In this document: positions 10,552-20,117 of the stretch, piece by piece | Position numbering within the stretch: the stretch's first letter is position 1 | How the letters are laid out: every line of letters begins with the position of its first letter | The notes under the pieces: generated by a model | Seen by the model: the letters and a program-made list of their open reading frames with translations, nothing else | What the model was told of the DNA's origin: nothing | The model's database searches: none | Translations under genes and position numbers: made by a program | NCBI GenBank assembly: GCA_030603385.1 | Contig: JAUVXW010000008.1 | Location: 73,248-137,247 of the forward strand | From: Promethearchaeota archaeon | GTDB lineage: Archaea > Asgardarchaeota > Lokiarchaeia > Sigyniarchaeales > SOKP01 | Reading direction: 5' to 3' | Length of the DNA stretch: 64,000 bases

Positions 10552-11784
10552 ATGGATATCATCGATAATTTAAAGAAACTAGGTAAAAATTGGAGATTAA
10601 CAGCTCTTTTAGTCTGGATGTTAGTAGGAATAGCTATTATTCCATATCCTAACCGTATTGTTTCAATAATTGGCATTTTGATATTTTTACCATTCTTAGT
10701 TTTTTTAATGTTCTTGTTTTTGCTTTCTCTTATTTCTAAGAAGAATATTTTTGAGTACTCCCCATGGAAAATAATTGTGTTTTTGTTGATTTCTTTACCT
10801 ATTATGCTTTTTATTTCAATAATTTTAATAGTACTATTAGCAATTTCAGTTGTCTCTTACTTTTTCTTTACATCATGGTTTATCCTTTATGGATGTTATT
10901 TATTAGGAAAAAATATTGATACTAAATTATATAAAACTCCTAAATTAAGACCTTTTATAAGAACTCTCATCTTTTTCGGAGGTTTAGCTGCTTCTCTTCT
11001 ATTCTTATATCTATTTATTATAGGGCCTACATTATTTGATTTTTCTGTTATAATCGAAACACCAATAGATTTCCCATGGTATCTTAATGGAATTTATATA
11101 CTTGTTGGAGGAGTTCTTGTTGGACTCGCAATTGTTTGCATTGTTTATATGTTTAAAAAAAGCTTTGCTGGTTGGTTTGGTACATTTGCAATATTGGTTT
11201 CAATCTATACACTATTTCTGATATTAAAGATCTATCTAGGTATTGTTGATACTGAACCGGATGAGATTGGTTCTATTTGGGCTTACATTGCAGTGATAAT
11301 CCCAGATCTATTTATTATCTTTTATTCTCTGAGTACTCTTATGGGATCCCAAGCAGAACTTTTAAGTAAAAGATTTAAAAGGTTTGGACTTGATGCAGTA
11401 ATAATTTGGTTGATACTTTCAAAGGTAACATATGAATTTATTCACTACTTCCCTTACGATGTCTTTCAAGAAGTAAACGTTCCTTGGCTTAATGCCTTAT
11501 CTACTTTAGATACTAATGATCTTATTAATCTTGTCAAAAATGTTGCTGTACTAATATTCTTTATAGCTTTATTAGTAGTAATAGGAATATATGAGATTAA
11601 TAAATATGCTAAAGAGCAGAAACAGTTAAAAATAGAAGTTGATTTGGATGTAAAAGAATTACTCGCCCCCCAACCAATTTTAGAAGAAAAACATGAAACC
11701 GAGGCAAGTGATCCTTCAGAACCCATAGAAGACACTGAAATTTATGATAAAACTGATGAAGACAATGAAGACGAAGTATTTTAA
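10552..11784 (+). CDS. Polytopic membrane protein with acidic C-terminal tail
   Basis: About 9-10 hydrophobic segments in a 410-aa ORF. Confidence 0.8.
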   Translation: MDIIDNLKKLGKNWRLTALLVWMLVGIAIIPYPNRIVSIIGILIFLPFLVFLMFLFLLSLISKKNIFEYSPWKIIVFLLISLPIMLFISIILIVLLAISVVSYFFFTSWFILYGCYLLGKNIDTKLYKTPKLRPFIRTLIFFGGLAASLLFLYLFIIGPTLFDFSVIIETPIDFPWYLNGIYILVGGVLVGLAIVCIVYMFKKSFAGWFGTFAILVSIYTLFLILKIYLGIVDTEPDEIGSIWAYIAVIIPDLFIIFYSLSTLMGSQAELLSKRFKRFGLDAVIIWLILSKVTYEFIHYFPYDVFQEVNVPWLNALSTLDTNDLINLVKNVAVLIFFIALLVVIGIYEINKYAKEQKQLKIEVDLDVKELLAPQPILEEKHETEASDPSEPIEDTEIYDKTDEDNEDEVF

Positions 11785-11930
11785 ACCGATTAGATCAGTT
11801 TTTAATACAATTTATAAAATTAATTAATTTTTTTTCTTTTTTGTAAATTAAAAATTCTTCATAGATTAATTGGTTAATAATTAGTTTTATCAAAGAATAT
11901 TTCAAATGATGTTATATTTAATCTCTACTA

Positions 11931-12458
11931 GTGGTTAATATGAGTAATTATGAATCTAATGTTGAGGAATTATTTCTTGAAAAATTTGAGAAATTAGCAT
12001 TAAGAGTTGAACAACTTACTGATGAAATTTTGAAAATGAAGGATAAATTAGATAAAAATTATAAACTTAATAGAACATTTGGCTTGAAAACAATTAGAAA
12101 TTCTGAATCTTTAGAATTTGCAAAGGATATAATGGGTATTGGAAGCCCAACAAAAAGATATCTTTTATCCTTAAGAGCGATTACAGAAGAATGGAAAGGA
12201 AGAAAAAATGATATTCTCTTAACCATCAGACAACAAGAACAAGAAACTCATTTAGATTTAAAGGCTCTTGGAATCAGAATTCCAATAAATGATATCAAGA
12301 ATATTTCACTATTAGCTAAAGAAATTTTATCTCTTCTATATATTTCTTGTGATTTACATGGCACGTCTATTAATGAAATACTAAGGGACATTATTACTGA
12401 GATAAATGAAAATGGATATAAAATGGTTCAAGAAATTAAACAAAAAATGGTTTTTTAG
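11931..12458 (+). CDS. Coiled-coil plus possible PC4/p15-like ssDNA-binding domain protein
   Basis: N-terminal heptads; LRAITEEWKG...TIR...LGIRIP resembles the PC4 pattern. Confidence 0.55.
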   Translation: MVNMSNYESNVEELFLEKFEKLALRVEQLTDEILKMKDKLDKNYKLNRTFGLKTIRNSESLEFAKDIMGIGSPTKRYLLSLRAITEEWKGRKNDILLTIRQQEQETHLDLKALGIRIPINDIKNISLLAKEILSLLYISCDLHGTSINEILRDIITEINENGYKMVQEIKQKMVF

Positions 12459-12512
12459 CAATACATTTAGTTTTTCTTTAGATTAACATACTCTTTATAG
12501 ATAAATTAATGA

Positions 12513-12534
12513 TCGTGAAACCATAGTTTCACGA
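12513..12534. promoter_or_regulatory. Perfect 9-4-9 inverted repeat, candidate operator or hairpin
   Basis: TCGTGAAAC-CATA-GTTTCACGA upstream of the crotonase/hbd operon. Confidence 0.5.
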
Positions 12535-12606
12535 AATTTTATTCTAAATGAACTCATAATGGAGATGAAAAATTTAGATAGTTGTTTTAAATGTTATGAG
12601 ATTATT

Positions 12607-12626
12607 TTTAATGAATACTCATTAAA
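12607..12626. promoter_or_regulatory. 8-4-8 inverted repeat, candidate repressor operator
   Basis: TTTAATGA-ATAC-TCATTAAA, 35 bp before the start at 12662. Confidence 0.45.
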
Positions 12627-12661
12627 TGAAATTTTTATGATAAAATCGAGTTGAAAAGAAT

Positions 12662-13450
12662 TTGGATTATGAAGATATAATTTTCGAAATAAAAGATCGT
12701 GTTGCGCGAATAACTATTAATCGTCCTGAACGATATAATGCGTGTACACAAAAGACAGTTCATGAATTAATAGATGCTTTTAACAAGTGCATAGACAACG
12801 AAATAGGTGTTGTGGTATTTACGGGTGTTGGAGAAAAAGCGTTTTGCACTGGTGGAGATCAGAGTACCCGTGAAAAGGGGGGATATAAAGGAGGACATTT
12901 GTTACCCCTTGAGGTAGGCTGGCAACGTGTTACACATTTAATACGTACTTTACCTAAACCCGTTATAGCTCGAGTGAATGGATATGCTATCGGAGGTGGC
13001 CATGTTTGGCATGTTAATTGTGATCTAAGTATTGCAGCAGAACATGCACAGTTAGGACAAGCAGGACCTCGTGTAGGCTCGTTTGATCCTGGCTATGGAA
13101 CTGGTGACTTAATGCGTGCTGTAGGTTTAAAGCGTGCGAAGGAAATCTGGTATCTTTGTCGACGGTATACAGCTCAACAAGCTCTCAAAATGGGACTTGT
13201 AAATGCTGTGGTACCTATGGAAAAATTAGATGAGGAAGTAGAACAATGGTGTCAGGAATTATTAGAGAAGAGTCCTACAGCCTTGAAAATGCTAAAATAT
13301 GCTTTTTTAGCTGAGACAGATGGTGTTACTGGGGTTACTCAGCTTGGTGTTGGTGGCTTATCACTTTATTATGGCACAGATGAAGCTGTAGAAGGAAAAA
13401 ATGCATTTTTAGAAAAACGTAAACCAGACTTTAACCAATTTAGAAAATAG
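12662..13450 (+). CDS. MenB/BadI-family crotonase (naphthoyl-CoA synthase or 2-ketocyclohexanecarboxyl-CoA hydrolase)
   Basis: AFCTGGDQ, YAIGGGHV, GPRVGSFDPGYGT, EIWYLCRRY, EGKNAFLEKRKPDF. Confidence 0.85.
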   Translation: MDYEDIIFEIKDRVARITINRPERYNACTQKTVHELIDAFNKCIDNEIGVVVFTGVGEKAFCTGGDQSTREKGGYKGGHLLPLEVGWQRVTHLIRTLPKPVIARVNGYAIGGGHVWHVNCDLSIAAEHAQLGQAGPRVGSFDPGYGTGDLMRAVGLKRAKEIWYLCRRYTAQQALKMGLVNAVVPMEKLDEEVEQWCQELLEKSPTALKMLKYAFLAETDGVTGVTQLGVGGLSLYYGTDEAVEGKNAFLEKRKPDFNQFRK

Positions 13451-14310
13451 TGAGGATAATGAAAATAAAAAATGTATGTGTAATCGGAGCAGGGATTATG
13501 GGATCAGGAATTGCCCAATTAATAGCAACTCACGGTTATAATGTAAATTTAGTTGATGTAAGTGAGGAGTTATTGAAAAAAGTTAAAAATTCGATAGAAA
13601 TTAATTTAGAGAGGTTTTTTGTTGCTAAAAATAAAATAACTAAAGAAGAAGCAGAAAAAATTTTAAACAGAATTAGCCTAAATGTTAATAAACATGAAGC
13701 TGTTAAGGATGTTCAAATAGTAATTGAAGCTGTTTTTGAAGATATGGATTTAAAACAACAATTATTTTCTGAACTGGATAACCTGTGTAAAAAAGATGTA
13801 ATTCTTGCGTCTAATACATCATCTTTAAGTATCACAGATATTGCCTTAAAGTCTAAAAATCAAGAAAGGATAATAGGAATACATTTCTTCAACCCAGCTC
13901 CGGTAATGAAATTGATTGAATTAATAAAGGGAAATAACACTTCTGATGAAATTGTAGAAAAATCAAAATTATTTTCTGAAAGTTTAAATAAAACAGTGGT
14001 GACTGTAAATGATTCACCTGGTTTCGTAACAACTCGACTTATTTATGTATTATGTAATGAAGCAATTAATTTGTTTACGAAAGGAATTGCCAGTGCCAAA
14101 GATATAGATACTGCATGTAAATTAGCATTCAATTTTCCTATGGGCCCTTTAGAACTTTCTGATTTAGTTGGTAATGATATATATTATCATATTGGGAGGT
14201 ATTTAGAAGAAGAGCTAGGACAAAAGTATCAACCAAGCCCTCTTTTACAAGAAATGGTAGAAAGCGGACTTCTAGGGAGAAAAACGAGGAAAGGTTTCTA
14301 TGAGTACTAA
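13450..14310 (+). CDS. hbd: 3-hydroxyacyl/3-hydroxybutyryl-CoA dehydrogenase
   Basis: VIGAGIMGSGIA, ASNTSS, HFFNP, PMGPLELSDLVG, GRKTRKGFY. Confidence 0.9.
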   Translation: MRIMKIKNVCVIGAGIMGSGIAQLIATHGYNVNLVDVSEELLKKVKNSIEINLERFFVAKNKITKEEAEKILNRISLNVNKHEAVKDVQIVIEAVFEDMDLKQQLFSELDNLCKKDVILASNTSSLSITDIALKSKNQERIIGIHFFNPAPVMKLIELIKGNNTSDEIVEKSKLFSESLNKTVVTVNDSPGFVTTRLIYVLCNEAINLFTKGIASAKDIDTACKLAFNFPMGPLELSDLVGNDIYYHIGRYLEEELGQKYQPSPLLQEMVESGLLGRKTRKGFYEY

Positions 14311-14548
14311 ATTTCACCGCCATTTTGGACCAAGTGTTTTTTCTCATTTTTTTATAAAACTTTAATATTTACTTATTGCATATAATTACTTTTTGCATTT
14401 AAAATATGTATTAATATAACGTAAAAGTCATATTTTGATTATTTTTTAATATAAAAAGTCTTATTAAATATTCGTAATATAAAAAATTGGGTTAAGGTTT
14501 TTAGGGGTTTATAAATTCGAGAATCTCTTTCCTAAAAAATAATTTATT

Positions 14549-15037
14549 ATGAGTAAGTCTAGGCTAACAAAAAAAAATCTGGAATTTGAAGAGCAAGTTG
14601 ATAGAAACGATAAAAACTACATGAATTTAGTTGAGAAATACAATCAATTAAAGGAAGAAAATCAAAATTTATCAGACGAAAGTAAAATTTTAAAAGATCT
14701 TATCATCGAAAGTACTAAGAAAAATTATCAAATATCTTTAATAGAAGCAGGTAATTTAAATAATTCTCATAAAAATTCAGAAATTAAAAATTCTTTCTAT
14801 ATCCAGATAATTTTAGGAATTATTGTAATTGTTTTATCATTAGGATTTCACATTTTATATTTATCCATTACAGATTGATTATTATATAATGGCGGAGATC
14901 CAGGATGTTGGATTAAAAACTGGTTGGGTATTGATATCCATGCAAGTTTTTATCTTGATGTTATGTTATATTCGTTGATCGCGCTTCAGTCTCTTCTAAT
15001 AATTTTAATAATAAGAACCCAACTAGCAAAAGCATAA
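14549..15037 (+). CDS. Coiled-coil plus two-TM membrane protein with an in-frame TGA at 14876-14878
   Basis: After the TGA the frame stays open for 52 codons (LLYNGGDPGCWIKNWLG...second TM) to TAA 15035-15037. Confidence 0.6.
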
Positions 15038-15101
15038 TTAAATTTCTTTTAAGAAGATTTATATCTATAGAATAAAATTAGGATATTGACCAAAGATTAT
15101 A

Positions 15102-16850
15102 TCATTTCTTTACTAAGATTAGTTTATCTTCTTCAAGAATTATTTTATCTTTATTTAAAGGACTGAAATTGTATGTACTTCTCATTGCATAAACGATTAA
15201 ATCTCCAAATATTTTTAGTTTTAATGTTTTGAATAAATCATTTATCATTTGAAGATCTTCAGGAATTGATACACCAAAGAAAGGATTTAACAATAAATAT
15301 ATCGAAGCACCTAAAATTATACCAAAAAGTAAGCTAATTCTACTATTAAATGGGAAAAACCATAATATAAAAAACAGAATAAATAAATTTGGTACTAAGC
15401 GATATATTCTAATTTTATAATTTACTTTAAGCTTCCGTTTAAGTTGAAAGATTGTATAAGGTAACAGAAAGAAGGCGGATATCAACATCACTATCCCAAT
15501 ACCTAAGATCCCAAAAAGAAAAAGAAAAATTGGAGATAATCCTGTTATTATTATGATTGTTATTAGAAAACCTCTTGCTGCGGAATTAGCATTTCCAGAT
15601 CCTATTAGAGCATTTCCAAATAGGGTCGAATATCCATAAATAAACTGACCTAAAACTATAAGAATGAATAAAGTTTGTGCCATAGAAAAGATTTCGCTAT
15701 TGAAAGTTCCTCCCTCCATAAATAGATCTCTATGTAAATAAAATAGCAATTCCCCTGAAAGGGCTACCATTGCAGTGAGAAACCCAAGAGCTAAAATGCT
15801 GGAAATTCTTGTTGAATCGTTAATTGAAGCCTCTACAGTACCATAACTCTCTTTAGCAAACGCTTCAGCAATCTCAATGCTCAATGGAGCAGAGTAATAC
15901 AATATTACTGTTTTAACAGCTCCGTAAGTCATTAAGACAGTTAATAAACTCAATGCTAACCCCTGATATTCAGGATCTGAAAATATAGCTAAATATATAG
16001 CAGTAAAAAAAAATAAAATATCTTCGAAAAATTTTGAATTTTGAATATTAGTTAGCATTGAATAGGCAGAATTTTTCATATATAGCAATATTTGATGTTC
16101 CTCAATTAATTGACTAATTTCTGGAGATGTTCTTTTTTTCATAGTCCTTGTTCTTAAACCTGCTTGAATTATTTCTTTAATTGAATAAGGGGCCTGCTTG
16201 CTAAAAAAAAAAGCAAATAAAAATAATGTAGTAATATTGAAAAACGGGTGAAATGCAAACCAAAAAGGGCTGATATTAAAAGAGATAAAAATGTATCCCC
16301 AAAATAATAGAAAAATCCCTGCAAATATTGATAAAAATGCAATTATATCGTATCTATTCTTAATTTCTAACCCAATTTGAAAAACATAGTTGCTATATAT
16401 TAAAATAGAGCTAACTCCTGACGCAAAAATACATTCTCTTAATAATTGATTTGTTTGAACAAAACCAAAAATATAGGATATCATAATCATCCCAAGTCCT
16501 AATATCAACCCAACTAGAAACAGAATTTTCGAATAGGTTGCTGCTTTTAAACGCCCTAATTCTTCATTAACAATAAAGGCAGTTTTTATTTCTGCAATAA
16601 AATATCTTGAAATTCCTATCCCCATCAATCCTACAATACCGTTTATTGCGGTTGTTAATCCGAAATATTTTAACCCTTCCCATCCTGTACCTAATATTAT
16701 GAAAACCCAAATACATCCCGCATTAATTAATGCAAAAAACATATAAAGAGATCCAGAAGTTATCACTCGCGAACTCCCTTCTTGCTCAAAGAACTTTCGA
16801 TCTCTTGAGAAATCAATTTTAAGTTCTTTTCTCTCTGGTATTTTTTCCAT
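15102..16850 (-). CDS. MOP-superfamily (MATE/Wzx flippase-like) transporter
   Basis: About 14 TM segments with a polysaccharide-flippase-like pattern. Confidence 0.7.
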   Translation of the reverse strand: MEKIPERKELKIDFSRDRKFFEQEGSSRVITSGSLYMFFALINAGCIWVFIILGTGWEGLKYFGLTTAINGIVGLMGIGISRYFIAEIKTAFIVNEELGRLKAATYSKILFLVGLILGLGMIMISYIFGFVQTNQLLRECIFASGVSSILIYSNYVFQIGLEIKNRYDIIAFLSIFAGIFLLFWGYIFISFNISPFWFAFHPFFNITTLFLFAFFFSKQAPYSIKEIIQAGLRTRTMKKRTSPEISQLIEEHQILLYMKNSAYSMLTNIQNSKFFEDILFFFTAIYLAIFSDPEYQGLALSLLTVLMTYGAVKTVILYYSAPLSIEIAEAFAKESYGTVEASINDSTRISSILALGFLTAMVALSGELLFYLHRDLFMEGGTFNSEIFSMAQTLFILIVLGQFIYGYSTLFGNALIGSGNANSAARGFLITIIIITGLSPIFLFLFGILGIGIVMLISAFFLLPYTIFQLKRKLKVNYKIRIYRLVPNLFILFFILWFFPFNSRISLLFGIILGASIYLLLNPFFGVSIPEDLQMINDLFKTLKLKIFGDLIVYAMRSTYNFSPLNKDKIILEEDKLILVKK

Positions 16851-17036
16851 AAATAATAAGCTATCTCTTAACTAATTATTCAATATGAATTTTTTAGTTA
16901 AAAAAAAGTTTTAGAAAAAATCTAAAAACATGTAAAAGAATAGAGTTGCCCATCTTATTTATCTAGTAATAATAGAGAATTTTATGATTGACTGTTTTTA
17001 CTACATAATATTATTAAAGATAATCAGATGAGTTAA

Positions 17037-17210
17037 ATGGTTGGTAAAGATATTATATGTGAGAATTGTGGAGAAAATACTGACTCAGAAATATTTAATT
17101 GTGAAGATTGTAGTAATATTCTCTGCGATACGTGTAGTAACATCTGTAAAAAATGTGGAAGCTATTTATGTGATAATTGCTATCATGAACATAAAAAAAA
17201 CTGTAAATAA
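17037..17210 (+). CDS. 57-aa Cys-rich zinc-finger microprotein (not in ORF track)
   Basis: MVGKDIICENCGENTDSEIFNCEDCSNILCDTCSNICKKCGSYLCDNCYHEHKKNCK; stop abuts the next ATG. Confidence 0.8.
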   Translation: MVGKDIICENCGENTDSEIFNCEDCSNILCDTCSNICKKCGSYLCDNCYHEHKKNCK

Positions 17211-17606
17211 ATGAAAGGTTCTTATATTTTAGTTATTCACATTCCTGAAATGATTGAAATAACTATTGGTGCTTTAGACAGCGTCTTATTTGACAAAGGG
17301 TTTTATTTATATATTGGATCTGCTATGGGCGGTTATGGTTCAAATACCTTAGAAAATAGAGTAAAAAGACATATTTCACCTTCAAATAATAAAAAAACTC
17401 ACTGGCATATTGATTACTTATTAAATTATGAGAAAAGTATTATAACACAGTTATACTTAATTCCTTCATTATATCGTCTAGAGTGTATAATTGCTAAAGA
17501 AATGATGGAGTTTTCAGACGATATTATTGAAGATTTTGGATCATCTGATTGTATGTGCAACAGCCATTTATTTTATTTCCAGCAATTTAAAGAGTTTAGA
17601 TATTAA
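17211..17606 (+). CDS. GIY-YIG (Uri superfamily, DUF123) nuclease
   Basis: KGSYIL...YLYIGSA...RVKRH...HWHIDYLL...FGSSDC.C.SHL. Confidence 0.85.
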   Translation: MKGSYILVIHIPEMIEITIGALDSVLFDKGFYLYIGSAMGGYGSNTLENRVKRHISPSNNKKTHWHIDYLLNYEKSIITQLYLIPSLYRLECIIAKEMMEFSDDIIEDFGSSDCMCNSHLFYFQQFKEFRY

Positions 17607-17855
17607 AGTAATTTAACTCAAAAAAAATAATAATAAAAATGTAAAAATTATCGTATGGAGAATATTGAAGGGAAAAGTCAAAAATTTAAAACATAATATT
17701 TGATTAAGGATTACGATTAGATTGTGAGTAACTGTTTCCAATCAGATTTATTGAAGTACATTTTGATATTTTTGAAAAATTAAATAAAATCCTTAAAATT
17801 TTTTAAACTTGCAATTGAATTTTACATATCAGAAATCAAAATAAAAAAATAAAAA

Positions 17856-18803
17856 GTGAAAAATATGGGAATGTTAGATGGAAAAGTTGCCATAATAACT
17901 GGCGCTGGTCGTGGTCTTGGTCGTGAGGAAGCCTTACTATTTGCTAAGGAGGGATGTAATTTATTAGTAAACGATTTAGGCGGCAGTTTTGATGGTAGTG
18001 GGGCTGAAGCTAAGGTTGCTGATGAAATTGCAGAAGAATGTAAAAAATTGGGAGTTAAAGCTGTAGGAAATTATGATTCAGTCACTGATTTTAATAAGGC
18101 AAAAGCAATGATTGATCAAGCAATTTCTGAATACGGAAAGTTAGATATTGTTGTAAATAATGCTGGAATTTTACGGGATAGGATGCTTTTTAATATGACA
18201 GAGAAAGAGTTTGATGATGTTATAGCTGTACATTTGAAAGGTACGTTTAACATGACTCGTCATGTTTCTTCATATTTTAGAGAACAAGGAAAGGCTAATC
18301 CCGATTTAGGTGTTTTTGGGAGAATAATCAATACTGCTTCAGATGCGGGTTTATTAGGAAATGTGGGTCAAACTAATTATGGTGCTGCAAAAGCAGGTAT
18401 TGCTGCCTTTACAAATATCGCCTCAATGGAATTAGGTAAATATGCTACGGTTAATTGTATTGTGCCTGTAGCTAGAACGAGACTCACAACAGATGCAACA
18501 CCGACAATGGTAGGGACAATGAGTATGAAAGATAAAAGAGGTTTTGATATCTTCAATCCCACTAATGTTGCTCCTATGGTTGCATTTCTAGCTTCAGATC
18601 ATGCAATTAAGATTACAGGAGAAGTTTTCAGAGTGGTAGGTGATCGGGTTTTCTCATTAATAGGGTGGACTACCTATAAGCAAATAGATAACAATGGAGA
18701 ACCGTTCTCTCCTCAAATTTTAGCAGAACGAGTTCAAGAAGAATTATTAAAAGGTAAACCTAAAAAAGAGACTTTAGCAAGTTCACTTGCATCTTTAATG
18801 TAA
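17856..18803 (+). CDS. Short-chain dehydrogenase/reductase (3-hydroxyacyl-CoA dehydrogenase-like SDR)
   Basis: TGAGRGLG, VNDLGG, NNAGILRD, NYGAAKAG. Confidence 0.9.
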   Translation: MKNMGMLDGKVAIITGAGRGLGREEALLFAKEGCNLLVNDLGGSFDGSGAEAKVADEIAEECKKLGVKAVGNYDSVTDFNKAKAMIDQAISEYGKLDIVVNNAGILRDRMLFNMTEKEFDDVIAVHLKGTFNMTRHVSSYFREQGKANPDLGVFGRIINTASDAGLLGNVGQTNYGAAKAGIAAFTNIASMELGKYATVNCIVPVARTRLTTDATPTMVGTMSMKDKRGFDIFNPTNVAPMVAFLASDHAIKITGEVFRVVGDRVFSLIGWTTYKQIDNNGEPFSPQILAERVQEELLKGKPKKETLASSLASLM

Positions 18804-18858
18804 ATGTAATTTCATTTTTTTTTTTTTTTTACACTGAAGAATAATCTTTTTGTGAATG

Positions 18859-19365
18859 TTATTTGTCAATTAAATCATTAAAGAATTTATCATCAAAGTG
18901 ATCTTTTTCTTCAGTATCTCCTTTCTCATCTTTGTACGAATAATAGAGGGCTAAAAACGTTCCCGTTAATAGACCAATAACTGCTCCAGAAAGAAAGGTA
19001 TATCCTACATACAAAAAGAAAACAATTATATGCCCCCCAATAGTTATCATTACTAAAATCGTCTGGTATAAACTAATAAATACACAAGCTAAAATACCTC
19101 CAGAAATCCCTACAATAATACCATATTTTAAGAATTCTTGATGTGGTTTTCGATTTCTAAAAAAGTTTAATAGCCCAAAAATAGATCCTAATAAAAATTC
19201 AAGATCAGCAAAAAGGACAACTCCAAAAAAAAGTATTTCTCCTACTATCATAGATATAATTGAAATTATAACATAACATATGGTAGTAATTAACGCAGAA
19301 ATCCATATGCCCCATTTTACATTCTTTTCTTTAATTATATTAATTACGTCACTCATTTTTCTCAT
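18859..19365 (-). CDS. Four-TM membrane protein
   Basis: Hydrophobic helices and charged tail. Confidence 0.7.
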   Translation of the reverse strand: MRKMSDVINIIKEKNVKWGIWISALITTICYVIISIISMIVGEILFFGVVLFADLEFLLGSIFGLLNFFRNRKPHQEFLKYGIIVGISGGILACVFISLYQTILVMITIGGHIIVFFLYVGYTFLSGAVIGLLTGTFLALYYSYKDEKGDTEEKDHFDDKFFNDLIDK

Positions 19366-19732
19366 TAAAAGATAGGTTATATTAAGAAAATGAAAAAAGA
19401 ATATGTTAAGTATATTACTAATTTTTTAATAATAGGGAACTTAACTGTATTTTTAAATTTTTTAATCATCACAACGTCATCTTGAAACCTAAGGAAATTC
19501 ATTCCTTTGAATGTTTTATTCAAGTTTTTATCCTTTAACATCCCTTTCTTTATAGTGTCTGAAGATAATGTGTATCATGGAAATAATCGAATTTTATGGA
19601 TTTATTTAGAAGAAGTTAAAAAATGATAAATAGCTTTTTTAATTTAGATTTGTATATTTATTTATAAAATTACACCTTACATAATAATTAAAGAATTTAT
19701 AATCTCACAAAATCAAAATTGGAATGAGTTAA

Positions 19733-20086
19733 ATGAGTGAAAGAATAACAGAAATACTTGATTCTTTAAAGGCGATTAAAGGAGTTCATGGGGCGGCTCT
19801 TATTGAGAAATTTGGTTTAATTAGAGGTAGCGCATTACCCGGATGGGTAGACCCAGAAGCTGTAGCTGCTATGGTGACCTTAATTTTGAAAGCAAGTCAA
19901 AGAGCAACTAAAGAATTAGAACAAGGGCAATTCTTTAGTGCGATAATAGAGTCTGAGAAGGGAAAAATACTTTTTAGCGAAATCGAGGGTAATATTCTCA
20001 CGATAATAACTACAAAAGAAGCTAAGCTTGGTATAATTAATCTAAAATTGGATGCTGCTAGTAATGAAATCAGAAAAGGGTTATAA
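19733..20086 (+). CDS. Roadblock/LC7 (MglB-like) protein
   Basis: GVHGAALI..FGL....LP....EAVAAM...ELEQG...IIESEKG...AKLG. Confidence 0.85.
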   Translation: MSERITEILDSLKAIKGVHGAALIEKFGLIRGSALPGWVDPEAVAAMVTLILKASQRATKELEQGQFFSAIIESEKGKILFSEIEGNILTIITTKEAKLGIINLKLDAASNEIRKGL

Positions 20087-20117
20087 TTTTTTCTCTATTT
20101 TTTTAAATTAAAATATC

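Noticed and set aside
14549-14878. Tail-anchored SNARE-like reading of the truncated ORF
   Set aside because: The in-frame continuation with a second TM suggests this is not the real C-terminus, and the coiled coil is not next to the TM.
15038-15101. SECIS element after the TGA-containing gene
   Set aside because: Only a weak AT-rich hairpin; no AUGA/GA core with a stable stem.
19420-19600. Minus-strand fragment KDKNLNKTFKGMNFLRFQDDVV resembling a DUF559/Vsr nuclease tail
   Set aside because: Too short and without the catalytic part; the similarity may be chance.
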